64,000 nt of DNA from the human T2T-CHM13v2.0 reference genome, Homo sapiens (GCF_009914755.1 NC_060930.1); one strand, 5' to 3'; positions 34,530 through 54,286 are shown, counted from the stretch's first letter. The notes: a model not told the origin generated them from the letters alone. Program-made: numbers and translations.

Positions 34530-35689
34530 TGCAATTTCATTTTTATAGCCTTGAAAATGGTCTTTGTGAAAAAAAGACAGTGGAAAAATTGTTATTAAGG
34601 TATTGCATCACTTCAAAAATATGTAGACTGCTTCTCCTTTAATTATCAAATATAATTGGTAATCAGCTCTAATATGAGTTCTAGCAAATATTCCCAATAA
34701 TAGTAATTATAAGAAATGCACCCTAGCATTTTGCATAGGGACATCTCTGACTATATTTGGCCTAGTTTAGATTGAAGGATGCCAAGGAAAATAAGGTACA
34801 AAGAAACTTGCCTATTCTTTGGGTTTCTGACCAGCAGTGAATGTGATAAACATAAAAATTCCTAAATCTTTTGAACAAGTTTCTTTTTTAATGAGTGCAT
34901 TGATTCCTAAAGATCCTTTATGTCCACTTTGAAATATGTTGGAAAGAATAGATTTTATTTATGAAAAAACTTTTGATTTGAATGGAGATTTTCCAAAACT
35001 TAAAAACTATGTACCAGTTGACATAAAGACTAACATTAATAATAATAATATTAAAACAATGACAGTAAAATTAAAAAATAAAAGAAAAACAAAGCAATAA
35101 TAAATATTAGACAAATGAAAATAAAGGCATCAAAGAAATATAGCAGGCATAAAAGACAGTATTTTTGTCTACCCAATATCCTTTCTGTCTTTTTTTTTTT
35201 TTTAACCAACAGAACCTCAAATTTTGCTTGGGATGCCACATTGCCTGCTAGAAAAAAAATCCATATTTCTAACTTTTCTTGCATAGAGGGGGCCATATAA
35301 GATCTCCATCTGTTGGGACATAATCAGAAATCTGCTGTGGATGCTGGTAAATTTTTTTTCTTTATACTGGTGCTGCCTTTTCCTCCTAGTTGCTTCTTTA
35401 TTCCTCCTAGTTGCTTCTTTATTCTTCTTTCTGACAGAATCAACTTTATTTTATTTTATTTTATGATTATTATACTTTAAGTTTTAGGGTACATGTACAC
35501 AATGTGCAGGTTTGTTACATATGTATACATGTGCCATGTTGGTGTGCTGCACCCATTAACTCGTCATTTAGCATTAGGTGTATCTCCTAATGCTATCCCT
35601 CCCCCTCCCTGCACCCCACAACAGACCCCAGTGTGTGATGTTCCCCTTCCTGTGTCCATGTGTTTTCCTTGTTCAATTCCCACCTATGA

Positions 35690-39512
<3,823 letters not shown>

Positions 39513-39575
39513 TATGATGTTAGCTGGTTATTTTGCTCATTAGTTGATGCAGTTTCTTCCTAGCTTTGATGGTCT

Positions 39576-40592
39576 TTACATTTTGGCATGTTTTTGCAGT
39601 GGGTGGTACCGGTTGTTCCTTTCCATGTTTAGTGCTTCCTTCAGGAGCTCTTTTAGGGCAGGCCTGGTGGTGACAAAATCTCTCAGCATTTGCTTGTCTG
39701 TAAAGTATTTTATTTCTCCTTCACTTATGAAGCTTAGTTTGGCTGGATATGAAATTCTGGGTTGAAAATTCTGTTCTTTAAGAATGTTGAATATTGGCCC
39801 CCACTCTCTTCTGTCTTGTAGGGTTTCTGCCGAGAGATCCGCTGTTAGTCTGATGGGCTTCCCTTTGTGGGTAACCTGACCTTTCTCTCTGGCTGCCCTT
39901 AACATTTTTTCCTTCATTTCAACTTTGGTGAATCTGACAATTATGTGTCTTGGAGTTGCTCTTCTCGAGGAGTATCTTTGTGGCGTTCTCTGTATTTCCT
40001 GAATCTGAATGTTGGCCTGCCTTGCTAGATTGGGGACGTTCTCCTGGATAATATCCTGCAGAGTGTTTTCCAACTTGGTTCCATTCTCCCCGTCATTTTC
40101 AGGTACACCAATCAGACGTAGATTTGGTCTTTTCACATAGTCCCATATTTCTCGGAGGCTTTGTTCGTTTCTTTTTATTCTTTTTTCTCTAAACTTCCCT
40201 TCTTGCTTCATTTCATTCATTTCGTCTTCTATCACTGAGACCCTTTCTTCCAGTTGATCGCATCGGCTCCTGAGGCTTCTGCATTCTTCACTTAATTCTC
40301 GAGCCTTGGCTTTCAGCTCCATCAGCTCCTTTAAGGACTTCTCTGCGTTGGTTATTCTAGTTATCCATTTGTCTAATTTTTTTTCAAAGTTTTTAACTTC
40401 TTTGCCATTGGTTTGAATTTCCTCCTGTAGCTCAGAGTAGTTTGATTGTCTGAAGCCTTCTTCTCTCAACTCGTCAAAGTCATTGTCTGTCCAGCTTTGT
40501 TCTGTTGCTGGTGAGGAGCTGCGTTCCTTTGGAGGAGGAGAGGCACTCTGCTTTTTAGAGTTTCCAGTTTTTCTGCTCTGTTTTTTCCCCAT
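39576..40592 (-). CDS. L1 ORF1p, uninterrupted 338-aa frame (expression unknown)
   Basis: MGKKQSRKTGNSK...LQKHAKM-stop with no stops or frameshifts; REKG, RR and YPAKLS motifs retained. Confidence 0.85.
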   Translation of the reverse strand: MGKKQSRKTGNSKKQSASPPPKERSSSPATEQSWTDNDFDELREEGFRQSNYSELQEEIQTNGKEVKNFEKKLDKWITRITNAEKSLKELMELKAKARELSEECRSLRSRCDQLEERVSVIEDEMNEMKQEGKFREKRIKRNEQSLREIWDYVKRPNLRLIGVPENDGENGTKLENTLQDIIQENVPNLARQANIQIQEIQRTPQRYSSRRATPRHIIVRFTKVEMKEKMLRAAREKGQVTHKGKPIRLTADLSAETLQDRREWGPIFNILKEQNFQPRISYPAKLSFISEGEIKYFTDKQMLRDFVTTRPALKELLKEALNMERNNRYHPLQKHAKM

Positions 40593-41202
40593 CTTTGTGG
40601 TTTTATCTACTTTTGGTCTTTGATGATGGTGACACACAGAAGGGTTTTTGGTGTGGATGTCCTTTCTGTTTGTTAGTTTTCCTTCTAACAGACAGGACCC
40701 TCAGCTGCAGGTCTGTTGGAGTTTGCTAGAGGTCCACTCCAGACTCTGTTTGCCTGGGTATCAGCAGCGGTGGCTGCAGAACAGCGATGGCTATAGAACT
40801 GCGGTGACTATAGAACAGTGGATCTTGGTGAACCACAAATGCTGCTGCCTGATCATTCCTCTGGAAGTTTTGTCTCAGAGGAGTACCCGGCCGTGTGAGG
40901 TGTCAGTCTGCCCCTACTGGGGGGTGCCTCCCAGTTAGGCTGCTCGGGGGTCAAGGACCCACTTGAGGAGGCAGTCTGCCTTTTCTCAGATCTCCAGCTA
41001 CGTGCTTGGAGAACCACTACTCTCTTCAAAACTGTCAGACAGGGACATTTAAGTCTGCAGAGGTTACTGCTGTCTTTTTGTTTGTCTGTGCCCTGCCCCC
41101 AGAGGTGGAGCCTGCAGAGACAGGCAGGCCTCCTTGAGCTGTGGTGGGCTCCACCCAATTCGAGCTTCCTGGCTGCTTTGTTTACCTAATCAAGCCTGGG
41201 CA

Positions 41203-41385
41203 ATGGCAGGCGCCCCTCCCCCAGCCTCGCTGCTGCCTTGCAGTTTGATCTCAGACTGCTGTGCTAGCAATCAGCGAGACTCCATGGGCATACGACCCTC
41301 TGAGCCATGTGTGGGATATAATCTCCTGGTGTGCCATTTTTTAAGCCCGTTGGAAAAGCGCAGTATTAGGGTGGGAGTGACCTGA
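41203..41385 (+). pseudogene. L1 ORF0 truncated to 60 aa
   Basis: MAGAPPPASLLPCSLISDCCASNQRDS... then premature TGA; full ORF0 is 71 aa. Confidence 0.75.
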
Positions 41386-41534
41386 TTTTCCAGGTGCCGT
41401 CTGTCACCCCTTTCTTTGACTAGGAAAGGGAACTCCCTCACCCCTTGCGCGTCCCGAGTGAGGCAATGCCTCGCCCTGCTTTGGCTCATGCATGGTGTGC
41501 TGCACCCACTGTCTGGAGCTCCCTAGTGAGATGA

Positions 41535-41999
<465 letters not shown>

Positions 42000-42967
42000 T
42001 GACCATGGATATGACAGCTGCTGCTAAGGATACCAGAGCAGAAAGAGAGAAAGTGCTGTCGATCTGCTGTATACGAACTGAAAGTAATACTTTCAACTCA
42101 TTATGTGGGATAAACTAGTGAACTTTCAACTCATTATGTGGGATAAAATAAACTCATATATGGTTAATCCACTCTAGTTGAATATCTGTTACAGGCCTCT
42201 GAAAATGATCCCAAACTGATATGAAATATCATTTTATATTGATAATATATATATATTTCACACAACATCTCATTTTCTTTTTGTTTCTGTTAAAATAACC
42301 ACAGCAATAATATTCATTGAGAACTAACTCTATGACAAAACTCTATTAAATGTTTTATAAATACCATAATCAAATCAATACTGAAAACAGTATAATACAC
42401 TGATACCTATTAAAAAACACAAAAGCAAATGCTTTAAAATACAAAGAAAATTTAAAAGTATATAATCATAAGGTAAATTTTAACAGAGCAGTAATCATCA
42501 ATAATAGATTAAACATTGAAATTTAAACTAGATATTAAAGCATTCAAACTAATAAACTTACACAAACTTTTGTATGATATATACATTTGTCTCACTTTCT
42601 TATAAAATGTCTAAAGAAAGTGAAAAGTCATATACTTAACCCTAAATAAAATATTAATAGATTTTTAAAAATTAAAAAAAAAATTCTAGCTAAATTGTCT
42701 GAGCATAACCTGTAAAATAAACCCCACAATCATTTGAAAATATGCAAATTATCTCCCAAATAGCCAGTGTCTGAAGTACCCACCTCCCCCTTGCCTGCAC
42801 ATGATGCTACCCTGGGGTTCCAACCTGGAGGGGTGTTTTGAGATTTGGGCGTGGATATTAGAATGGAGAATGATGGAATATGTAGTGTGCATGCTAGAAC
42901 TTGGGTGGAGATTTCCCATATAAAAAATTATCTGAATGGACTACCAGCTTCAGAAAAGCCAAGTAGA

Positions 42968-44131
42968 AGAAAAATTATCAACAGAGTGAACAGACAACCT
43001 AAAGAATGGGAGAAAATATTTGCAAACTATGTATCTGTCAATGGTCTAATATCCAGAATCTGTAAAGAACTTAAAGAAATCAATAACCAAAAAACAACCC
43101 CATCAAAAAATAGGCGAGGGACATGAACAGACACTTCTTAAAAGAAGACATGTGGCAAACAAGCATTTGAAAAATATTCAATATCACTAATAATTAGGGA
43201 AATGCAAATCAAAACCACAATGAGATACCATCTTGCACTGGTCAGAATGGCTATTACTAAAACATCAAAAAATAACAGATGCTAGCAAGGTTGCAGAGAA
43301 AACAGAATACTTATATACTGCTCGTGGGAATGTAAATTTGTCCAGCCACTGTTGAAAACAGTCTGGAGATTTCTCAAGGAACTTAAAATAGAATTAACAT
43401 TTAACCCAAGAATCTCATTACTGGGTATATACCCAAAGGAATACAAATTATTCCACCAAAAAGACACATGCACATATGTTCATCACAGTACTATTCACAA
43501 TAGCAAAGATATGGAATCAACCTAGATGCCCATCAGTCGTGGACTGGATGAAAAAAAATGTAGTATATATACATCATGGAATACCATGTAGCCATAAAGA
43601 AGAATGAGATCATGTCTTTTGCAACAACATGGATGGAGCTGGAGGCCATTATCTTACATGTATTAATGCAGCAACAGACAACCAAATACTGCATGTTCTC
43701 ACTTACAAGTGGGAGCTAAACACTGAGTACACATGGACACAAAGGTTCAAGGGGTACATGTATAGGTTTGTTATGTGGGTAAATTGCGTGATGCAGGGGC
43801 TTGGTGTACAGATTATTTTGTCACCAAGGTAATCAGCATAATACCCGATAGGTAGTTTTGCAGTCTTCATCATTCTCCCACCCTTCACCCACAAATAGGG
43901 CCTGGTGTCTGTTGTTCCCTTCTTTGTGGAGGGTGGCAGGAGGGTGTGGATTGAAAAACTACCTATCAGGTATTATGCTGATTACCTGGGTGACAAAATA
44001 ATCTGTACACCAAACCCCTGCAACATGCAATTTACCCATGTAACAAACCTGCACCTGTATCCCTTGAACCTAAAATAAAAGTTGGAAAGAAAATAAATGA
44101 ATAAATAAAGGCTTTCCATCATGTGAAAAAA
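42968..44131 (+). mobile_element. 5'-truncated L1PA15/16-like element with internal inverted duplication
   Basis: ORF2 tail ([18 protein letters not shown]), 3'UTR and A-tail; TSD AAAAGCCAAGTAGA / AAAAGTCAAGCAGA. Confidence 0.88.
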
Positions 44132-45476
44132 AAAAGTCAAGCAGAGAGGTGAATATATGGTAGAAAGCAATATGGCTGGTATTTAGGACAGTGGAGTGGT
44201 TAATGTGGTTAAGTGTGTAGGGAAGAGGTAGAACCTAGAGAGATCTCCCTGGGTGCCCAGGTATAGCGTTAAGGGGTTTCTAGTATGAGAAAAGTCCCAG
44301 GAGCAGGGGTTTTCTCTTAAAGGCTCATTTCCCTTTAAGCATCCTGATTAACAGTGTAAATAGAGGGTGTCTTAGTGCCAACTAGAAATAAGCTGAGGCA
44401 AATCAGGTCTTCAGCTGTTTTAAGCTGCACAGTTCTTCCTTTTCTTGAGAAGAGAAGTTTTTTTGGGTGGTCAAGATAGAAAAGTTGTGGAACAAACTGC
44501 CAATAACATCTAATGAACCCTAGGGTCTTGCTCTTCAGAGCATGCATAGCATGAGGGACTCTTGGTTGGACCCAATACATCCTAAAACCTATACCTGGAG
44601 CCGTGCTCATCACCAGATTACTCACTACCCTTCTATTCTCAAAATGACTATAGCATTCCAAAACACATGGGATGAGGTGGGGGCAGGTTGGGGGGTGGAG
44701 GTGCGGTTTGGAGCCACAGCTTAGTTTGCAACAACTTTTCTGCCTCAAAGCAAAATAATATTCTAATAATCACTAAATGAAACATTATGGAGCTATTTAA
44801 CTGTTTACCATGATTTTAAAATTACATGTAGACTTTTCGTGTTGTAATGTCTAACTATATATACAAACTATGTGGACATCATGCTTTAACTGTATATAAA
44901 AGCCATAGAAAAAGGTAAATAAGGGGAAATATTTTCAAACATTATTTCTGGTATATTCAGATGAAGAACCTGTGGTTCATTTTATTTATTTATTTTTTAC
45001 TTTACTGTTTTTCAAATATTCTTGAGTAGACAAATATTATTTTTTAAAAAACTTATGAAATTAATGAATTGAATGCTAAATATGCAAAATCAGAGATAGG
45101 TACTATGGGGACAAAAGGATACATAAGAGTAAGAGAAAGGATGTTTTCCTTAAAGACCTTTATCACAGTAGAAGAGATGAGACTTTCACACATAACGTAA
45201 TATATAGTAGAAAGTAGCAAATGCTATAGCACAGAGATACAGGGGAAGAAGAGATTATGACCACTACCATTAGTCATTTGTAATTTACTTTTGACCCATA
45301 CAGGTCAGCTTTAGACTAGTGAATAACAAAGTCAAGTTTATATAATGGATCTGTGTGTGCCTGTAGGCTATTTTATTTACCATTTATATTTTGGAGAACA
45401 GGAACCTCATTGCTAGTATTTCATAGGATCTCTTTCCTCTCAGATTTGGAAAGGTGTTCTGAAAGAAGAAACAAGG

Positions 45477-46420
<944 letters not shown>

Positions 46421-48117
46421 CAAGGGTAATTTAATTTTAACAGACCTGTTTTGACATGACTTGAATTGATTTGAAATACACCTGAGAATTACAGTAGCTT
46501 AAAGATGACCCTTGACTCATTTTCTGGTCAAAAAATACATTCCAGAGAATTTTAAATATGAAAATAACCTTTGTGAGACTTCTACAGTGAGGATTTTAAA
46601 AGCTTCTATAATTTAAGCAAGTGTGTAGACTATCAGCAGCTGAACCCCTAATTTCCCGAGCCTTTCTAAAGCGTTAAAAAAAATAAATCTCTTAGCAAAT
46701 ATTAAATCTGATCCTACTGTTTTCAAAGTGGTCATCTGACACCGAAATGGAAAGCATACGTAGAGAATGATAGGGAGAAAGGACATCAAATATTTATTCT
46801 AGCTGTCATTTCATTTCAATTTAGAATACAGTGTTGTGAAAGTTATACAGATCACATGTAGATATTATTCAAAGTGCTTCAATAATAGGAATACAAAATA
46901 GAGTTAAGCATTTGATTTTATTATTCAGTTTCCATTCTTTAGGTTATAAAGAGACAAATACAGCAAGCACACAATGACTAAATGGGCAGAAAAATGGAGT
47001 TAAGTATCTAAAATTTAAATTACATTGTTCAGAATATATTGAGTACCATTAATAATAGCATTTTGGGAATTACAAAAGAAGAGAACACAAGCATATTTTG
47101 ATTGTGTTTTTATTCCATTCACATGGAAATTTTAATTTTATTTAAAGAAAAAGAAGAAATACTTTGATAACTATGTATACCTGTATAAAATAAATAGTTA
47201 TAATCCAATGTTTAAAGGAATGTTTGGCATAACAAAGACATCATGTTCTAGCACACATCCATTTCAAAAGCACTGTGGGGTTCTGATAACCCACAACAGT
47301 AACTTCCTTACTTTCCTTGACTACAACCCATGGAAAGAAATAAACTGTCAAATCATAGCCAAAAAGATAATCTAGTTTACTTTCCCCCTTTGAGGCTGAA
47401 TCATGTGTCAGCCCTGGGTACTACTGTGAAGTTCTTCTGTTCTTAAAACTACTATTATTCAGTTCATCTGTAAAATGAGTCTAATACAGTTAGGAGGACT
47501 AAGTCAAATAATGTGAATAAAACACTCAGTATGGGTATCATACATATGAGGCAATAAAAAAAGCATCTACTACTATTATTATTAAGAAGATAATATGGTA
47601 ACCTGCTTGAGCAACCTCTTTTAAACTGTAAAAACATTTTTTTCCAAGAAATTTTTCCTCTTATATTTCTTTTAGACAATTGAATTTCCCATGCTACAAT
47701 TTATACTGTATATCTAGCATTGGCAATGTCCTCTAATTATTTGTTTCACATTTTTCTCCACATTCCTCTGCCATTCTTTAACCTTGTGAGTTCCTTGAAG
47801 TTAGGATCCCAGTCTTATTCCAATTTTATGCCCAGTGCATAGCTTGAAGCTGGGTATTCAGTCAATTCTTAACATACATCAGTTCAGTGAGTGTGAGAAG
47901 AAAAATAACATTTTTGACTAATATATTCTCTTGCTCTTTTAAAATTAAATTTACTTTTGAAAAAGTAATATTTGCACATAGTTTATAAGCCAAATAGAAC
48001 AGAATGATATGTAACAAAATACAGTAATTTCCTCTCACTTTTCCAGTTCTCTTCGCTAGAGGCAATCACTTTTGATTTCTTTAGAGGTTTCTTCCTTTTA
48101 TGTTACCATATTTCTAA

Positions 48118-48516
<399 letters not shown>

Positions 48517-48519
48517 TCT

Positions 48520-50170
48520 ATTGACTTTCTAATAAAAAGTCTAGCTAATATGAAATATGTCTAATATGAAAGTCTAGTCTAATATGAAAGAACTAGCTCC
48601 CTGAAACTTCTATCACTTCTGCTTCCCTTCCCTATTTCCTACAATAGAGTTATATCAGAAGATTTTGTTTACATCTATATTTATTGCTTAAATTATTATG
48701 AATATGTGAGTAATATTTATAACTGAGCATTTTAGAAATTTATTAAAATTACATTTTCTTTTGTATTTTTAATGTTTTAACATCAATGATAGCCTTGCTT
48801 TTTCATAAATGAAAAAGAATTCATTTAAAACTTTTGCTAATTTTTCATATTTTCCAACAGTCTTTTGATACCATTTTCACCAATATCATTCTTATCAGGT
48901 AATCTACTAATTATTTTATGGAGTCATACATCTGGAGCTCTCCATCCCTTTTCTATTTGAATGAACTGCTCTTTAGAAATGCTTCAAAGCACCTGTCCAG
49001 GAACTTCCCTTTGTTGCCATGCAAAAAATTTCATTGATTTTCTCCTGATTTGGGTGTCCTATTTTCTTCATCCTGTCTTTTCTTCTTTCTAGTTTATTTC
49101 CTTGTTTTGTTGGAGTATATCCTTTATTTCTTGAGAAAGAGTGCATGAGAAATACAATATTTGAGAGTATGCATACTTGAAAATGTCTTTATTTTACCGT
49201 ATCACTGCTAGTGTGGGCATTGATTTCAATGATGGAAAAATTTTTTAGTCACAGTCGTGAAGGTGTTTCTTCATCCTTTTCTAGAGAGCAGTGGTGTTGA
49301 GATGCCTGAAATTAATTTGATTCCTCATCTTTGCATGGCATTCTATCTTTTATCTCTTTTTGAGGTTATCTCTGTTATCCTAAAATTTCACTTATATGCT
49401 TGAGTGTGGATCTATTTTTCATCTCTCTTGTTAGCACTTAGTATGCCCTTTTAATCTGGAAATCATGACTTTCAGTGCTGGGAAATTTTCTTTAATTATT
49501 TTCTTGATGATTCCCTGGTTACTCTTTAATTTCTCTTTCTGAAAGATCTATAATTCAAATATTGCACCTTCGGGACCATCTTATTTTCTCATATTTTCTC
49601 TCATTTCCTTTCTCTTTGTCTTTGCACTTTAATTACTAGATGATTTCTTTGACATTATCTTTCATCAGTACTATTGAGTTTTTCCTCTCTGCCATTATGC
49701 TTTTAATCATGTTCTTTTTTTGTTTTCTAAACATCTCTTTTTATCTAGCATCTTGTTTTGGTTTCATAGATGCAGTATTTTCTCTTATTTCTCTGAGAAC
49801 ATTTGAACTTTCTTCTCCCACTAAGGTCTTTGTTTCTATTATTGTTTTTCTCTCTATTGTTCATGTTAGAGCTTTCCTTTGATTTCCCCTTATCCTTGTC
49901 ATTTCCTCATTTTAAGTGTGGGGAACAAAAAAGTCATCAACATTGAGCCAGCATTCTGGAAGCCACGAGGAAAGAATGGAGGGGTCTCAGCATTCAGTAT
50001 TCAATATGTTTATGTTCACTTTTCCACCCAGTTTTCACACTGTGCTTGGCATTTCCCAGTCCAAAGACCTCCTGTTTTGTCTTTAAATAATAAAACTCCA
50101 GTATTTCTACTGGGTTAAATGAGAGTAATCACCCAGCTATAGAAAGTGATGGAAGGAATCTTTGACTTAG
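48520..50170 (-). mobile_element. Very old L1ME-type ORF1/5' remnant
   Basis: T-rich sequence with degraded L1 ORF1-like motifs (TTCAGTGCTGGGAAATTTTCTTTAATTATT); boundaries approximate. Confidence 0.5.
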
Positions 50171-50349
50171 TACATCTTTTTTTTTTTTTTTTTTTTTTTT
50201 TACAACAAATTATCAGTATGTTTATTAAAGCAACTTCCTCCAGTCCTCCGTTTTTAGTCTTGGGCCATTCTAGAGATGGTGCCAGTTCCTGAGCCTTCTG
50301 TGCATTCTCGATGTCATGTTGGTTCTCTGCTCTCTCCACTGCTACTTCT

Positions 50350-51399
<1,050 letters not shown>

Positions 51400-51572
51400 G
51401 TTACTTAAAGCCTACCCAAAGCTCTCTGTCACCCGCAAGGTAATAGCATGGTCTACTCTGCTCTTCTTAATCTGCCCCTGACCATCTCTCCATTTATCCC
51501 CTGGCTACCCTGACCACCTGTATTCTGCTCCTAACCTCTAAATACTCATTTTCTTTTCAAGAGTGTAAACTA

Positions 51573-51653
51573 TTAGGTTGGTACAAAAGTAATTGCAGTT
51601 TTTGCCATTAAAAGTAATGACCAAAACCGCAAATTACTTTTGCACCAACCGAA
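51573..51653. mobile_element. MADE1 (Hsmar1 MITE)
   Basis: 81-bp palindrome TTAGGTTGGTACAAAAGTAATTGC...AATTACTTTTGCACCAACCGAA flanked by TA on both sides. Confidence 0.95.
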
Positions 51654-54286
51654 TACTCAGTTTTCAGGGTCCACAAAGCCGATTGATATCCTGGCCCTTA
51701 AATGCATGCAGTTTCCTCACTCTAGAAATACCTGAACTCATCACCTTGTTGCACTCATCTCTCAAGATTGCTCAAATATCTTTTTTTTTTTTTTTTTTTT
51801 CTGAAAAAGGCTTCCCTGACTCTTCGCTCTCATGAAATGAGTTGCTTTTAGTTCTTTCTCCTCTTAGGACACAAGCCATCCATAGGTCTGTCTCCCTGAG
51901 TTTACAGTGAACCATTTATCCTTCTTTATATTACCAGATCTTTCATGCTGACCTTTTGTTATATATTAAGAACTCAGTAAAATTGTGAAATAAATGAACG
52001 TGTTTAATTTTTAAGGAATCTAATTTACAGTTTCCTCCATAGAGAATTGAACAATGAATAAGCAAGAGAAAGGTGAGATTTCAGGAAAGGGAAAAAGATT
52101 AAACAGTAGGATGACTCTTCCTTAATGTGCAGCTATATTTTCACTCCTGTCACCACAAATACGACTGCACCACCCTGCTATTTCAAAGCAGCTGTCAGGC
52201 CAGCTGGAGCTTGGAGCTCTTAATAAATCATGTGAATGGAGCAAAGTGACACAGATGCTTCTAGTTTAGGGAAAAATTAATCATCAGTATATTCCAGTAT
52301 TCTGGTGGACATTTGCATTTATAGGTCAACAGGTACAGCTGAGAATTTATAGTTCGCAAAAGCAATCAGAAATCAGCATTTCTTAGATTCCTTAAATTTG
52401 TCAATTAAAAATTTTGTACTACAGAGCTGGCATTTCCCTGAGCTGGAATTTTGCTTATACACAAGGACTACTAGACTACATTACTGTGACTTCAAACTAT
52501 TTGTTACTTTCTGATGAAGATAACACATTAGCCTACAATAATGACAGAAAAAGTAATTAATTCCACCTATAAAGCAAAGATTCTTGAATTTTCCAGGCAT
52601 TGTCTCAATGATCTGCTTTGAAATGTAGATATTTAAATATGTGTTAATTAGCTTTCTATTTGGTTTAGACATTATGCAGTTCAATAGAAATATAATGTTA
52701 AATAAATCCTAGGGCACAGAGATTGTCCATGCAATGCCTCTCTAAATGTTCTGATACGTTTATAAGGCACATGATACTCATAATGCTTGCATTTGAATAG
52801 TGCTTGTACTCACTTCAAAAACTCACATTTATAAAGTTATAAGATGGCCAGGAATTATTATCTTCATTTTACAGTGGAAAGATAACTGAGCAGTAGTGGG
52901 GCTGTCTATCAAAGGTCACACAGCCAGTATGTTGGAAAACAAGGACTTTAATCAAGGGCTCTATTATTCAGGGGTAAGTATATAACCTGAACAGAGTAAA
53001 CTTTAAAGAGATCCACATTTTAATAAACAGGTCAATTCTTTTCTTATATAGAGATTCATGCAAGGCTGGGGCACCAAAAAATCAATGAATTGAACATGAA
53101 ATACTAGACTTTTCTAAGTGACCTCTAAAAAATCAATTCAAAAGAACACTCTATTAGTAACTTTAGATAATTGCCTGCACAGCTATTTGGGGAAAAATAA
53201 GTTTCCTCTTAAAGATTTTCAATAAAACCAACAGCAAATTAAGGGGGGACAGATAGGGAGATACCGTGAAGGAGATGGGCAAAGCAGAAGGTAATACATT
53301 CATCAATTTATTTCTAGATCACATGTTTATGATGCTTCTTTTCTTTGTTCCAGTCACTGAGATAAACACATATAAATAGAGAAATAACAACCTCTGTGAA
53401 AAGCGCTCTATTAGTTATGAACTATGTGCTGGGGGTAACCTAGAGATGGGACTGATCCACTGGTTTGGGGGAATAAGAAAATCAGAAAATAAAGGATATT
53501 TGAGTTGAGTCTCGAGGATTAATTGAGTAATCCACGAGAAGCAGAGGAGCAAAGTCATTTTCAGCAGAAGGACCAAGATGTACAAAGACTGGAAATTAAG
53601 AAAACACACAATGTATTCTAGGAAACGTGAGGAATCCATCCTGACTTGAGAATAAGCTGCAGGTGTTAGAGCCAAGGCCATAAAAACAGTTGGAAGTAAT
53701 ATTTGAAGGAGGTTTTTGGCTATGAGTTGTTTGCATTTTATCTTGTAGACAGCAGAGAGACATTGGAATTTCATATATTGTGGCAAGGACAATTGAGAAA
53801 ACTCAACATTTAAATTGACTTTAGACAAGACACAAAGTGCTAAAATCAAGGAAAAAAATAGAAGATAAAAGCCACACAGAGTTGGCCTGAATGCAGCATT
53901 TTCTCTTTGATGTGGAGGGGATAATCTCATATCCTAATTTTGTAGTTTCCTATCCTGCAGGCCTTCTTTTTCTTTTCAAATTGCCATTAGGACTTTAGCC
54001 TTTGGTTCTATTTCTTATCTTAGTGTTCTGCTTTCTTTCAAAACATTACTTGATGGCTGGTTTGAAGATCCTGTTCACTGTCATTTAGCTCTTGTTTATA
54101 AGTGTTGATACTTGTGAAAAGGCTAATCTCATTATAACATGTAAGAGAAAAACACCAACTTGGAATTGAAAAGATGTGTATAATACAGAAATATCACACA
54201 AAAGTTCAGGGGCTTGTCACCTTGGTGAAACTTATTGTGGTCTAGTGGTTTGGGGCATTTAGATCTATGCTTTTAAAGAAGAAGGA

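Noticed and set aside
42089-42147. Repeat-spacer-repeat resembling a CRISPR unit
   Set aside because: Only two copies with a 7-bp spacer, in a eukaryotic context with no cas genes; a simple local duplication.
50176-50201. T25 run as a retrocopy tail
   Set aside because: No recognisable element body, poly(A) signal at the proper spacing or TSD; treated as a simple mononucleotide repeat.
53415-53930. 171-aa hydrophobic ORF
   Set aside because: No recognisable domain; overlaps purine-rich, degraded L2-like sequence read antisense.
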